Below, piece after piece: positions 20,282 through 30,524 of a DNA stretch of 64,000 bases. The stretch spans positions 264,847 to 328,846 of the forward strand of contig CAWKBC010000014.1 in NCBI GenBank assembly GCA_963847705.1, written 5' to 3'. This stretch comes from an uncultured Pseudomonadota bacterium (GTDB lineage Bacteria; Myxococcota_A; Polyangia; Fen-1088). The notes beneath the pieces are model-generated. The model saw only the letters and a list, made by a program, of their open reading frames with translations, ran no database searches and had not been told where the DNA came from. How positions within the stretch are numbered: position 1 is the first letter of the stretch; each line of letters begins with the position of its first letter. Position numbers and translations under genes: made by a program.

Positions 20282-21732
20282 GCCGCCCTCCGGGGCAAGA
20301 ACATCGAGAAGCGGCTCCCCCGTCCCGGTTCGCTGTCGGCCTCGATCCAGCCGCCGTGTTCGTCGACGATGTCGTGGGTCACGGAGAGGCCGAGGCCGGT
20401 TGATTCGCCCACCGGCTTGGTCGTGAAGAACGGCTCGAAGACCCGGGACAACACCTCGGGCGACATCCCCGGCCCGTGGTCGCGCACGGTGAGCTCGAAG
20501 GTCCCGCCGGCCCCGCGCGGTTTCTCGCCGACGTGGCCGTGGGCAGGGCGGCGCCCTCCGGGGTCGCGCAAGGTGACGTCGACGACCGCTCCTTCGGCGC
20601 TGGCCTGGATCGCGTTCACGATCAGGTTGGTGAGCGCCTGCTGCACCTGCGTCGCGTCGGCCGTGACGGGAGCGGTCGCCACCTCGGAGTGAAACTTGAG
20701 CTGAATGCTCTTCTTGCTCGCCAACGTGGAGAGCAACGGCAACACGTCGGCGGCCAGGCGCGAGAGGTCCTGTTCCTCCTTCTGCGGTGGCCGTCGCCGG
20801 GCGTAGTCGAGCAACTGGCGGATGATCTTCGTCATCCGTTCGGCTTGATCAATGATGATCTTGGCGTGGGCCGGCGCCTCACGTTCGTCTTCCACGATCA
20901 AGCGCGCCCTTCCGGCCATCACGTTGAGCGGCGTCCCCAGCTCGTGGGCGACGCTGGAGGCGATTCGTCCGACCGTGGTGAGGCGCTCGGCGTGGCGGAG
21001 CTGTTCGAGGGCGTCGAACCGCTCGCGCGTGGAGGCCCGGACCTCGATGGCGGCGGCCTCGAGTTGATCGAGCATTCCGTTGAGCTCGCGGGTCAGCTCG
21101 CCGAGCTCGTCACGCTGGCGGGGGAGCGACCGTGCGCCGAGATCGCCGGCCGCCACCCGGCGCGCCTGGGCGATCAGCACCGAGATCGGTCCGCCCACCA
21201 CCCAGGCGCCGACCAGCAAGGTCATCAGCATCATCGTCGCGGCAAGCGCCAGCGTGGTCATCACGGTCGCGCGAATCGTACGACGGACGTGAGCGCGGAG
21301 ATCGGGAGGGGGCTCGGAGACGTCGACCGCCCCCACCACCTGACCGTTCGCCCGCACAGGGCTGACCGCGTGGAGCCATCCGGGCGGATCGCTGCGTTCG
21401 TCACGCCAGATCACCTCCTCGCCGCGCGCCACCGCGCCCCGCTCGGCGGAGGGGAGATCGACGCTGGCCTCCCGCAGGTCGACCCAGCTGACGCGATAGC
21501 GGGCCTCGAACCCGTGGAGCCGATCCATTGCGCGACGCACCGGTGCCTCGCCGACGGCTTCCCACATCTTTCCCATGCTGTCGGCGAACGCCCCCGCCGT
21601 CGCCCGATCATCGGAGCGTTGATCGGCCTCGAACTCCGCGCGGTCGCGCCTGAGCTCGAGGAATGCCGCCGCGGCGACCACGACCAACGCGCCGGGGAGA
21701 ACCGCCAAGGCCAGTTTGAGGGTCAGCTTCAC
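20278..21732 (-). CDS. HAMP-domain sensor histidine kinase
   Basis: 2 TM helices, HAMP (RDELGEL), AHELGTPL, NAIQA, GLGL. Confidence 0.95.
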   Translation of the reverse strand: MKLTLKLALAVLPGALVVVAAAAFLELRRDRAEFEADQRSDDRATAGAFADSMGKMWEAVGEAPVRRAMDRLHGFEARYRVSWVDLREASVDLPSAERGAVARGEEVIWRDERSDPPGWLHAVSPVRANGQVVGAVDVSEPPPDLRAHVRRTIRATVMTTLALAATMMLMTLLVGAWVVGGPISVLIAQARRVAAGDLGARSLPRQRDELGELTRELNGMLDQLEAAAIEVRASTRERFDALEQLRHAERLTTVGRIASSVAHELGTPLNVMAGRARLIVEDEREAPAHAKIIIDQAERMTKIIRQLLDYARRRPPQKEEQDLSRLAADVLPLLSTLASKKSIQLKFHSEVATAPVTADATQVQQALTNLIVNAIQASAEGAVVDVTLRDPGGRRPAHGHVGEKPRGAGGTFELTVRDHGPGMSPEVLSRVFEPFFTTKPVGESTGLGLSVTHDIVDEHGGWIEADSEPGRGSRFSMFLPRRAA

Positions 21733-21806
21733 GACGCCTCGAGTCTAGCCCTCCGAGCGATCATACAAATGGCGACCGAGCCGCGGGGCACCGCGCATGT
21801 GCGCTT

Positions 21807-22244
21807 CTAACGGACAGGAGCCCAGTAGCCGCCCTGCCACACCCACTGCGTGCCATTCCACACCCACTGAGGCTGCACCCATGTCCACCCATCGTAGGAC
21901 GCCGCAGCGCCGTTGCCCCCGATCCAGAAGGGAGATCCACCGCGCCAACCCCAGCGACCGCTCCACGACGGATGCACCGCAGCTCGCGGGGCTGCCCAGC
22001 CAACTCCGCGACCCCATCCGCCACCCCAGCGACCGCCGCCCAGGCCGCCCACGTGAGCACCGCCCAAGCCGCCCGCATGACCGCCGCCCCATCCGCCCGC
22101 ATGACCACCGCCCCATCCGCCCGCGTGAGACCCGCCGCCGTGACCACCTCCGTGCCCTCCGCCCCGCGCGAACGCGGCAGCGGGAGCGACGGAAAACAGG
22201 ATGAAGAAAGTCAGGCCTACAAAGAGCGTTCGCAGAGACCGCAT
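21807..22244 (-). CDS. Secreted Gly/His-rich protein with Trp-rich (YXWGXW-like) C-terminus
   Basis: GGAGG RBS; signal peptide AFA; GGGHAGGW repeats; WVQPQWVWNGTQWVWQGGYW. Confidence 0.75.
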   Translation of the reverse strand: MRSLRTLFVGLTFFILFSVAPAAAFARGGGHGGGHGGGSHAGGWGGGHAGGWGGGHAGGLGGAHVGGLGGGRWGGGWGRGVGWAAPRAAVHPSWSGRWGWRGGSPFWIGGNGAAASYDGWTWVQPQWVWNGTQWVWQGGYWAPVR

Positions 22245-22268
22245 CAGGCACCTCCGACATTCTCGGTG

Positions 22269-22284
22269 TGCATAACGCGTACCG
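22269..22284 (-). promoter_or_regulatory. sigma54 promoter candidate
   Basis: Minus strand CGGTACG-CGTT-ATGCA (GG-N10-GC) 25 bp before ATG 22244. Confidence 0.6.
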
Positions 22285-22474
22285 GGGTCGAACCGCGAAG
22301 GGTCGAAGATCGACCGTGACCTGTTGCCTTCCAGTGCTCGACGCGATCCGGGTTCGGTGCGAGCGCCTCGACGCGCACCAAGGCGAGAACGAAGGCGAGA
22401 ACGAAGCGGAGAAGGCGCGCTCTCCGACGCTGCCCGGAGACGGATATCCCGCGGCCGTCGCCGGCCGCCGGTCC

Positions 22475-22506
22475 GGGGCCAAATGCCCCGCGGGGCATTT
22501 TGTCCC
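22475..22506. promoter_or_regulatory. Tandem palindromic enhancer (UAS 2)
   Basis: GGGGC-N5-GCCCC-GC-GGGGC-N5-GTCCC, same architecture as 18830-18861. Confidence 0.65.
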
Positions 22507-22789
22507 CCGGGAGGCGCGGCTTGACCGCAATCTCGCGTGTCGATGGGGTGCGTCTCCCGGTACGGGCGTTGCTGTGGCTCTCCGGGATGAGAGGTTGCCC
22601 GCCACGGCCGACAGCGTCCGCAACCGCGCCGGCCGCGACGCCATCCGCTTCACCGCGTCCCCGACCGTTTCGGGCAGCGGCCCGGGCCTGACGATGGATG
22701 CTCGATTTCAGAGCTTTGCACCGGTCGGGTGATCGGCTGGCGCTCACCCGTGTGGCGCCCGAGCCAGGCAGCGCCTAAGCTCCGGCGCC

Positions 22790-23281
22790 ATGCCGATGAG
22801 CAACGAAGAGCGCCGCGCGCTCGACCAGCAGATGGTCGAGGCGGCGTTCGTTTGCGATCTGAGGCGGGTCCGGACGTTGCTCGCCCGTGGAGCCGACCCG
22901 AACGCCCGCGACGACGAAGGGCGCACGCCGATCTTCTCGGCGGTGCTGGGCGGCAGCGTGGGCCTCCTGGGATTGTTGCTGGAAACGAAGGCCGACGTGA
23001 ACGCCCGCGACCCGCATGGCGCCACCGCGCTGCATGTCGCTGCCGAAGAGGTCCTGCCCGAGGCCGCGACCCTGCTCATTGGGCGCGGCGCTGACGTGAA
23101 CGCTCAGGACGAGGAGGGAAACACGCCGCTCAGCCGGGCCATCTTCTCGGCACGCGGCCGACAGGACGTGGTCCGGCTGCTGCTCACGGCCGGGGCCAAG
23201 GACGATCTTCCGAACAAGGCGGGCGAGACGCCCCGTCAGCTGAGCGAACGGCTGGGCGAGCCGCTCTTCACGGCCAACTAG
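22790..23281 (+). CDS. Ankyrin repeat protein
   Basis: GADPNARDDEGRTP, GATALHVAA, GADVNAQDEEGNTPL. Confidence 0.95.
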   Translation: MPMSNEERRALDQQMVEAAFVCDLRRVRTLLARGADPNARDDEGRTPIFSAVLGGSVGLLGLLLETKADVNARDPHGATALHVAAEEVLPEAATLLIGRGADVNAQDEEGNTPLSRAIFSARGRQDVVRLLLTAGAKDDLPNKAGETPRQLSERLGEPLFTAN

Positions 23282-23543
23282 ACTAGGCTCGCGGGCGCAG
23301 CCGGTGGCGGTCACCAGCCGCGACCCCGACGCGTCCGCCGGATAGCAGCGATCGTCGCTGAAGCTCACGAGCGTCCACAGCGCCTCGGTCGCGCGCTGCT
23401 CACCGACCATGCATCCGCGATTCGGACCGTGACGCGATGAACCCCCGGGGCAAGCGCCGCCCCCCGCCGCAGCGGACTTTCAGGATTGACGAAGAGCCGC
23501 CAGGATCGACGTTAACCACATGAGGGGTCGTCAGGAAGAGGCG

Positions 23544-25640
23544 ATGGCCACGACCGCCGCGACTCGGAGATCCAGGCCAGCCGGAAAACTCTTGTGGGCG
23601 CTCATCGCGATCGCCGGGGCCTTCTGTCTGGGGGTCGTCGCGCTCCGTCGGGGCGAGCCGGTCAATGCGATCTGGATCGTCACGGCCGCGATCGCCGTGT
23701 TCGCGATCGCTCATCGCTTCTATGGCCGCTTCATCGCCGGCAAGGTGCTCGAGCTCGACCCGAGCCGCGCCACGCCGGCCGTGCTGCGGAACGACGGCCT
23801 GGACTACGTGCCCACCCACAAGTGGGTCGTCTTCGGACATCACTTTGCCGCGATCGCCGGCGCAGGTCCGCTGGTCGGCCCCGTGCTCGCTGCACAGATG
23901 GGGTATTTGCCGGGGACTCTCTGGATCCTGGTCGGGGTGGTGTTCGCGGGAGCCGTGCAGGATTTCATGCTCCTGGGACTCTCCTTGCGGCACGGCGGAC
24001 GTTCGCTCGGGCAGATGGTGCGCGAAGAGCTGGGCGAGCTGCCGGGTGTGATCGCCATGGTCGGAGTCCTGGTGCTGATGATGATCGTCCTGGCCGTGCT
24101 GGCGCTGGTGGTCGTCAAGGCGCTGACGCACAGCCCCTGGGGAACGTTCACCGTCGCCTGCACCATCCCGATCGCGCTGCTCATGGGCGTCTATCTCCGC
24201 TACCTGCGGCCGGGCCGCATTCTCGAGGTGTCGCTCATCGGCCTGGTTCTCCTGCTGGCATCGATCTGGTTCGGTGCCCACGTGGCCGCGTCGCCCGTGC
24301 TGTCGTCCTGGTTCGACTGCGACGCGCGCCACCTGGCCTGGCTCTTGATCGGCTACGGCTTCTTCGCGTCCGTGCTGCCGGTGTGGCTGCTTCTGGCGCC
24401 GCGGGACTATCTCTCCACGTTCCTGAAGATCGGCACCATCGCGCTGCTGGCGGTGGCGATCCTCTTGTCGGCGCCGCGGCTGCAGATGCCGGCGGTCACC
24501 CGATTCATCGACGGCAGCGGCCCGGTGTTCGCGGGCAGTCTCTTCCCGTTCCTGTTCATCACGATCGCCTGTGGCGCGGTCTCGGGCTGGCACTCGATCA
24601 TCGCCTCGGGAACCACGCCCAAGTTGCTCGCCAACGAAGACCAGGCCTGGCTCGTCGGTTACGGCGGCATGCTGGCGGAGGCATTCGTGGCCATCATGGC
24701 CTTGATTGCCGCGGCGTCGTTGCACCCTGGCGTCTATTTCGCGATGAACTCACCAAGCGCGCTCATCGGCACCACCGTCGAGCGCGCGGCGGCGACCATC
24801 GGCAGCTGGGGCTTTTTGATCACGCCCGCCGAGCTGAGCGACACCGCGCGGAAGATAGGCGAGCACACCTTGCTGAGCCGCGCGGGCGGAGCGCCGACGT
24901 TGGCCGTCGGGATGGCGCAGCTGCTGCACAACATTCTGCCCGGCCAGCGCATGATGGCGTTCTGGTATCACTATGCCATTTTGTTCGAGGCGTTGTTCAT
25001 CCTGACGACCGTCGATGCAGGCACGCGCGTCGGGCGCTTCATGATCCAGGAAATCGCCGGACTCATTCACCCGCACCTCAAGCGGACCGAGTCCTGGAGC
25101 AGCAACGTCATCGCCACGATCGTCTGTGTCGGCGTCTGGGGCTACTTCCTGTATCAGGGCGCGCTCGACCCGCTCGGGGGCATCAATACCCTGTGGCCGT
25201 TGTTCGGAATCGCCAATCAGATGCTGGCCGCCATTGCCTTGCTGCTGGCGACGGTGGTGACCGTCAAACTCAAACGGCAGCGATACGTCTGGGTGCCCGG
25301 AGTTCCCGCCGCGTGGTTGGTGATCTGCACCCTCACCGCTGGAGCCCAGAAGCTGTTCGACGCCAAGATCAGCTTCACCGCGGCCGCGCAGAAATACGCC
25401 AGCGCGCTCGCGCAGGGACATTTGCTGGCGCCGGCCAACTCCACCGCCGAGATGGAGCGCATCATCGCCAACAACCGCGTCGACATGGCGTTGACCGCGA
25501 TCTTCATGCTGCTGGTGGTCACGATGTTGCTGTTCTCGCTGCAGGCGATCCGGCGGGCCTGGCGCGCGAATCGAGCCACCGCCCAGGAAGAGCCCTACGT
25601 GGCGCTGCGCACCGTCGCCGCGCCGGCCGCACGTCCATGA
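23544..25640 (+). CDS. cstA: Carbon starvation protein A family peptide/pyruvate transporter
   Basis: DGLDYVPT, FGHHFAAIAGAGPLVGP, FWYHYAILFEALFILTTVDAGTR. Confidence 0.95.
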   Translation: MATTAATRRSRPAGKLLWALIAIAGAFCLGVVALRRGEPVNAIWIVTAAIAVFAIAHRFYGRFIAGKVLELDPSRATPAVLRNDGLDYVPTHKWVVFGHHFAAIAGAGPLVGPVLAAQMGYLPGTLWILVGVVFAGAVQDFMLLGLSLRHGGRSLGQMVREELGELPGVIAMVGVLVLMMIVLAVLALVVVKALTHSPWGTFTVACTIPIALLMGVYLRYLRPGRILEVSLIGLVLLLASIWFGAHVAASPVLSSWFDCDARHLAWLLIGYGFFASVLPVWLLLAPRDYLSTFLKIGTIALLAVAILLSAPRLQMPAVTRFIDGSGPVFAGSLFPFLFITIACGAVSGWHSIIASGTTPKLLANEDQAWLVGYGGMLAEAFVAIMALIAAASLHPGVYFAMNSPSALIGTTVERAAATIGSWGFLITPAELSDTARKIGEHTLLSRAGGAPTLAVGMAQLLHNILPGQRMMAFWYHYAILFEALFILTTVDAGTRVGRFMIQEIAGLIHPHLKRTESWSSNVIATIVCVGVWGYFLYQGALDPLGGINTLWPLFGIANQMLAAIALLLATVVTVKLKRQRYVWVPGVPAAWLVICTLTAGAQKLFDAKISFTAAAQKYASALAQGHLLAPANSTAEMERIIANNRVDMALTAIFMLLVVTMLLFSLQAIRRAWRANRATAQEEPYVALRTVAAPAARP

Positions 25641-25843
25641 CCGGAACCAGGTGGCCGCGCTTGCGCGCCCTCTGGCGGCGTGCGGTCGAAACCGCGCGCC
25701 TCTGTTGTGGCATCCCCGACTACGACGCCTACGTCGCCCACCTGCGCGCGCATCACCCCGATCGCCCCGTCCCGCCGTACGCCACCTTCTTCCGGGACCG
25801 CCAGGCGGCGCGATACAGCGGGACCGGCGGGCGGTGTTGCTGA
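25637..25843 (+). CDS. YbdD/YjiX (DUF466) family protein
   Basis: GIPDYDAYVAHLRAHHPD...FFRDRQAARY...RCC; ATGA overlap with cstA. Confidence 0.9.
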   Translation: MTGTRWPRLRALWRRAVETARLCCGIPDYDAYVAHLRAHHPDRPVPPYATFFRDRQAARYSGTGGRCC

Positions 25844-25888
25844 GAGCTCGGCCGCCCCCGCGGCGGCCATCAGCTTTCGTCGCCCGCG

Positions 25889-27358
25889 TCAAGGGCAATA
25901 GCGCGGGGTGTTGAGCTGCGCTCGATCGGATGAGATGGTCGTGCCCCAGTTCGAAGCCGCGTTGTACTGGCTGATGCCAATCACCCCGTTCGCGATACGT
26001 GCGTTGATGTTTGTGGGATTGTCCCAGACCGGGTCGGGCCCGGACGAGCTGCCATTCACGCCATAGCCTGTGTCCGCCAGGATCGGCTTGCCCGTCACTT
26101 GGTTCACACCGGCCCAGGTCATCTGGTCACCGCGGATCGTGGCCGTCGCCGCGTCGGTACCGCCGCCCGAGGTGTTGATGAACGTGAACTGACTCAGGTC
26201 GAAGTACGAGTACCAGTTCTTTCCATTGTCCGAGCCGTCACTCCCGGTGTTGTTGTTGGTCCCCACCCAGGGCGAGATGTCCATCGAGAAGGCCGCATTT
26301 GGCAGATAGGCCTTCACGGCCGCCACGAACTGACTCATGGTCTGTCCTGCCTGCGCGAACGTCCAGGGCGCCGTTTGGTCGCTGATGGTGTACTGATAGA
26401 AGTCGGGCTCCATCTCGAACACGATCGGGCGCGTCGTTCCGTAGCAACTGGCAAAGCCCTGCGCGTAGCTCTTGTAGACATTCACGATATTGGTCATGTT
26501 GGCGGAGATGTCCGCGGCGCCGGTGTGACAGAGATCGTTGTTGGTGCCGCACGTCGTGACGTTGCAGTCGCAAAGACCGTTGTGGCGCTTGACGTAGAAC
26601 GCCGCGACATACGCCACGATCACCGGCACTTGGTTGGCGAACGTCCCGCCGGGGTTCCCCTCCGTGCAGACGGAGCTCATGTCGAAGGTGTCCTTCTGCC
26701 CCATCCATCCAGGCGTGAAGAAGTCGAGCTGCGGTATCATCGAAGGGTTGGCCTTGGCGACCGAATCGATCGTCCCGAAGTGAAACCGGCATGAACTGAA
26801 GACCTTGTCGGCCGCCATCGCTCCGCCGGTCCCGCCCACCTGCCCCCCGGTGCCCGTCGATCCGCCCGCGCCTGCTGTTCCGCCGGATCCGCCCCCTTTC
26901 CCTGCCGCGCCGCCGGTCCCTGTCGTTCCGCCTTTGCCGACGGATCCACCTACGCCGGGCGTGCCTCCGCTCCCGCCGGACGCGCCGCCATGACCGCCGG
27001 TTCCTGTCACGCCACCAGCGCCGGTCGAGCCAGCGGCCCCCCCCGCCCCTGTCGACCCGCCCGTCAGGGTCGCGCCGCCCCGGCCACCGGTTCCTGTTGC
27101 GGCCCCCCCTCCCGTCGAGCCGGCGACGCCACCCGCGCCCGTCGCCCCGCCCGTCGCAATCGCGCCACCACGTCCGCCCGTCTCGGTGGCACCGCCCGAA
27201 CCGATCGTCCCGCCCGCGCCTGTCGTTCCCCCGGATGACCCGCCCTCGCCCGATTCACCCCCCTGGCCCGAGACGTCGGTCGAAGAACCAGCGCACCCGC
27301 TGATCAAGACGACAGCGAGCACGAGCCGCACCAGAAAGATCGAAGGAAGACGGTTCAT
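25889..27358 (-). CDS. Lipoprotein with Gly-rich linker and putative GH6-like domain
   Basis: ISGC lipobox; VFEMEPD, DISPW, FINTS, ILADTG in GH6-like order. Confidence 0.6.
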   Translation of the reverse strand: MNRLPSIFLVRLVLAVVLISGCAGSSTDVSGQGGESGEGGSSGGTTGAGGTIGSGGATETGGRGGAIATGGATGAGGVAGSTGGGAATGTGGRGGATLTGGSTGAGGAAGSTGAGGVTGTGGHGGASGGSGGTPGVGGSVGKGGTTGTGGAAGKGGGSGGTAGAGGSTGTGGQVGGTGGAMAADKVFSSCRFHFGTIDSVAKANPSMIPQLDFFTPGWMGQKDTFDMSSVCTEGNPGGTFANQVPVIVAYVAAFYVKRHNGLCDCNVTTCGTNNDLCHTGAADISANMTNIVNVYKSYAQGFASCYGTTRPIVFEMEPDFYQYTISDQTAPWTFAQAGQTMSQFVAAVKAYLPNAAFSMDISPWVGTNNNTGSDGSDNGKNWYSYFDLSQFTFINTSGGGTDAATATIRGDQMTWAGVNQVTGKPILADTGYGVNGSSSGPDPVWDNPTNINARIANGVIGISQYNAASNWGTTISSDRAQLNTPRYCP

Positions 27359-27670
27359 GTCACTCCCAGGGGGAGGCGCGCCGGGATGCACGGCGCTGAC
27401 GGTGATGGCACGACGGGTCAGGGAGTTTCGGCACTGCACGGGTCGCATCGTCGTAAAGAGGGGTAGCCGTCGTGGAAGTGCTGCACCTTGGGATGCGAAA
27501 GCTGGATTTCGGAGCTCGACCGTCGTGCGACGCGTGCACGGACGGGGATGCGTGGAATCATGGATTGGTGACCGCCTTCAGTCGGGCCTGCACTGTGAAG
27601 TGCGCCTTGACAGCCTATTGCCTTTGTTGCGGCTAGTCCCGATCGCGCTCAGGGCCTATCTCTATCGTGC

Positions 27671-27940
27671 GCGCGCAGCGATTGGCACACGCACCCGCTC
27701 GGACAGACGCTGGTCGTCACGTTCGGGTGTGGCCTTCACCAGCGCTGGGGTGGACCACTCGAGGAGCTTCGCCCGGGTGACGTCGTCACCGTCGGGCCGA
27801 ACGAGAAGCACTGGCATGGCGCCTCGCCGACGAAGGCGATGACCCACATCGCGATTCAGGAGTCTCTGGACGGAAGGGCCGTCGAGTGGCTAGAGAAGGT
27901 CACAGACGAGCAGTACCAAGGCAAGGTCCAGGGAGGATGA
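27671..27940 (+). pseudogene. Cupin (hydroxynitrile-lyase-like) lacking an intact N-terminus
   Basis: [16 protein letters not shown]...[20 protein letters not shown]...[12 protein letters not shown]; no start in frame. Confidence 0.75.
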
Positions 27941-28087
27941 GGACCTGACAGAAGGGGAATTGTCGGCCGAGGCCGGCGTGAATCGCACGCGCTCATCGCG
28001 CTCGTCGTCGGACAGAACCAGGGGAGCCTTCGGCCGGCCAGGGGACCAGGTGATCTTCATGGTTGGGGGTTTGCGTCGGATCTCGTT

Positions 28088-29566
28088 CTAGACGCCCTTC
28101 CTGATCTCGGCGAACGCGAGGAGCGCTCGAGCGCGCGCCCAGTGGTGATCGACCATGGGCGGCGGGTAGGTCCCGCCGAGAACGACGCCGGCGCTCGAGA
28201 GGACGTCCGCGGGCGCCTGCCAGGGCGCATGGATGAAGCGCGGCGGGAGCTTCGCCAGCTCGGGGACCCAGCGACGTACGTAGGCGCCGTCAGGATCGAA
28301 CCTGCGTCCCTGGAGCACCGGATTGAAGATGCGGAAGTAGGGGGCGGCGTCTGCCCCGGAGCCCGCGCACCACTGCCAGCCGAGCGTGTTGTCTGCGAGA
28401 TCGGCGTCGACCAGCGTATCCCAGAAGTGGCGCGCCCCTTCCTGCCAGCGAACGAGCAGGTGCTTGACGAGAAACGACGCGGCCACCATCCGGACGCGGT
28501 TGTGCATGAAGCCGGTGGCCCAGAGCTCGCGCATGCCGGCATCGACGAGCGGGTAGCCGGTGAGCCCGCGCCGCCAGGCGCCCGCGGCGGTCGCCGGTGC
28601 CCAAGGAAAACGAAGGAACGCGGGACGCAGCGGCGCCTCGGCCGAGCGCGGGAAGTGGTGGAGCAGGTGGTGCGCGAACTCTCGCCAGGCGAGCTCGCGC
28701 AGGAACGGGGACGGATCGATCTGGCGGCGGGTCGCCGCGCGCTCGACGGCGCTCCAGACGGCGCGGGGGCCGATCTCCCCGAAATGAAGATGGGGCGACA
28801 GGCGCGAGCTGGCGTCGAGATCGGGACGGTCGCGGGCGCGCGCGTAGCGCGGCAGATCGTGCCGCACGAACTGCTTCAACCTGGCGCGCGCGCCCGACTC
28901 ACCGGGGGACCAGGTGGCCCGAAGGCCGGCGTCCCAGCCGACCCGGGGGCGCAGGCCCAGCGCGGCGAGGGACGCGGAGGGCGGCCAGCGCCGCGGAGGA
29001 GGCAACTTGCCGGGCGCGGGTGCCGGGTCTGGCGGCGGTTGGGCCCGGCCAGCTTGCCAAAAAGGAGTGAAGACCTGGAAAGGCTGGCCGGTCTTGGTCG
29101 CAAGCGCTTCCGGCTCCCAGAGGAGGTTCGCCGACGGAAGGCCGAGGTCCGTGGACGTCGCCAGCCCGCGCTCGCGCAACGCCGCGTCGACCCGAGCGTC
29201 GCGCGCCGCGACGACCGGCTCGTAGCGGCGGTTCCAGAACACCGCGCGCGCGCCGGTCTTCTCGGCGAGATCGACCAGCGTCTCCACAGTGGCACCGACC
29301 CGCAGCACCAGGCGGCTCCCTCGGGCGGCGAGCGCGGTCGACAGCGCGCGCAGCGAATCGTGCAGCCAGACGCGGCTCGCGGCGCCGGGCGCGAAAGGCG
29401 CCTCCTCGTCGGGCGCCCAGATGTAGACGGGGATGATCCCGGCCTGCGCCGCCGCTCTGACCGCCGCGCGGAGGGCCGGATTGTCCTGCAGGCGCAGGTC
29501 CAGGCGGAACCAGACGATCACCGGTCCGGCCCTGTCGGAAGCCGCGCTAGGCTTACGTCCTGGCAT
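28088..29566 (-). CDS. phrB: Deoxyribodipyrimidine photolyase (start ATG 29566 or GTG 29522)
   Basis: VWFRLDLRLQDNPAL, SRLSPHLHFGEI, TGYPLVDAGMRELWATGFMHNRVRM, APYFRIFNP. Confidence 0.95.
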   Translation of the reverse strand: MPGRKPSAASDRAGPVIVWFRLDLRLQDNPALRAAVRAAAQAGIIPVYIWAPDEEAPFAPGAASRVWLHDSLRALSTALAARGSRLVLRVGATVETLVDLAEKTGARAVFWNRRYEPVVAARDARVDAALRERGLATSTDLGLPSANLLWEPEALATKTGQPFQVFTPFWQAGRAQPPPDPAPAPGKLPPPRRWPPSASLAALGLRPRVGWDAGLRATWSPGESGARARLKQFVRHDLPRYARARDRPDLDASSRLSPHLHFGEIGPRAVWSAVERAATRRQIDPSPFLRELAWREFAHHLLHHFPRSAEAPLRPAFLRFPWAPATAAGAWRRGLTGYPLVDAGMRELWATGFMHNRVRMVAASFLVKHLLVRWQEGARHFWDTLVDADLADNTLGWQWCAGSGADAAPYFRIFNPVLQGRRFDPDGAYVRRWVPELAKLPPRFIHAPWQAPADVLSSAGVVLGGTYPPPMVDHHWARARALLAFAEIRKGV

Positions 29567-30524
29567 GAACGAACGCCTTCGGATCGGAGTCTCGGCGTGT
29601 CTGCTCGGGCGCGAGGTTCGCTTCGACGGCCAGCACAAGCGGGACGCCTTCCTGGTCGACGCGCTCGGACCCTTCGTCGAGTTCGTCCCGGTCTGCCCCG
29701 AGGTCGAAGTGGGGATGTCGATTCCGCGCGAGCCGGTGCGCCTCGTCGGCGCGGCGCGAAGCCCGCACATGCTCGGCCAGAAATCCGGGGACGACTGGAC
29801 CACACGCATGACGACGTTTTCCGAGCGCCGGGTCGGCGCGCTCGCCCGAGAGGGCCTGTCCGGCTACGTGCTGAAGAAGGACTCGCCGAGCTGCGGGCTT
29901 TCGCGCGTGAAGCTCTACCCGTCCGGGGACCCCGACGCCACGCCGGACCGCGTGGGGCAGGGGCTGTTCGCGGCGGCGCTGACCCGGGCGTTCCCGCATC
30001 TGCCGATTGAAGAAGAGGGCCGGCTCAACGACGCCCACCTCCGAGAGAGCTTCATCGAGCGGGTGTTCGCCTACCACCGATTGCAGAGCCTGTGGGCGAC
30101 GCGCTGGACGCTGCGGTCGCTCATCGCCTTTCACACCGCCAACAAGATGTCTCTGCTCTCGCATGACGAGCCTGGATACCGGCGCCTCGGGCGCCTGGTG
30201 GCCGTCGCCAAGTCGCTTCCCCGAGGCGAGTTGCGCGAGCGTTACGAGGCCGGTTTCATGACCACGCTCGAGAAGCTGGCAACGCCGGGAGGTCACGTCA
30301 ACGTGATGACCCACATGCTGGGCCACTTCACGGATCGGTTGGAGCCGGTCGCCCGCCAGGAGCTGCTCGGCGTCGTCGAAGACTACCGGCGCGGCCTGGT
30401 TCCGTTGATCGCGCCGCTGACGCTGGTTCGCCACTACGTCCGAACGTTGAAGGTGGAGTACCTCCTCGGCCAGACCTATCTCGACCCACACCCGAAAGAG
30501 CTGATGCTGCGGAACCGCGTCTGA
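29565..30524 (+). CDS. YbgA family (DUF523+DUF1722) protein
   Basis: IGVSACLLGREVRFDGQHKRD, VCPEVEVG, KKDSPSCG, LMLRNRV. Confidence 0.9.
   Translation: MNERLRIGVSACLLGREVRFDGQHKRDAFLVDALGPFVEFVPVCPEVEVGMSIPREPVRLVGAARSPHMLGQKSGDDWTTRMTTFSERRVGALAREGLSGYVLKKDSPSCGLSRVKLYPSGDPDATPDRVGQGLFAAALTRAFPHLPIEEEGRLNDAHLRESFIERVFAYHRLQSLWATRWTLRSLIAFHTANKMSLLSHDEPGYRRLGRLVAVAKSLPRGELRERYEAGFMTTLEKLATPGGHVNVMTHMLGHFTDRLEPVARQELLGVVEDYRRGLVPLIAPLTLVRHYVRTLKVEYLLGQTYLDPHPKELMLRNRV

Noticed and set aside
22380-22415. 12-bp tandem repeat AAGGCGAGAACG between the enhancer and the promoter
   Set aside because: Only about two copies; most likely slippage with no supportable function
25835-25880. Selenocysteine readthrough of the YbdD/YjiX TGA with a downstream GC hairpin
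   Set aside because: The protein already ends Cys-Cys, the non-selenium form; the hairpin is not a convincing SECIS
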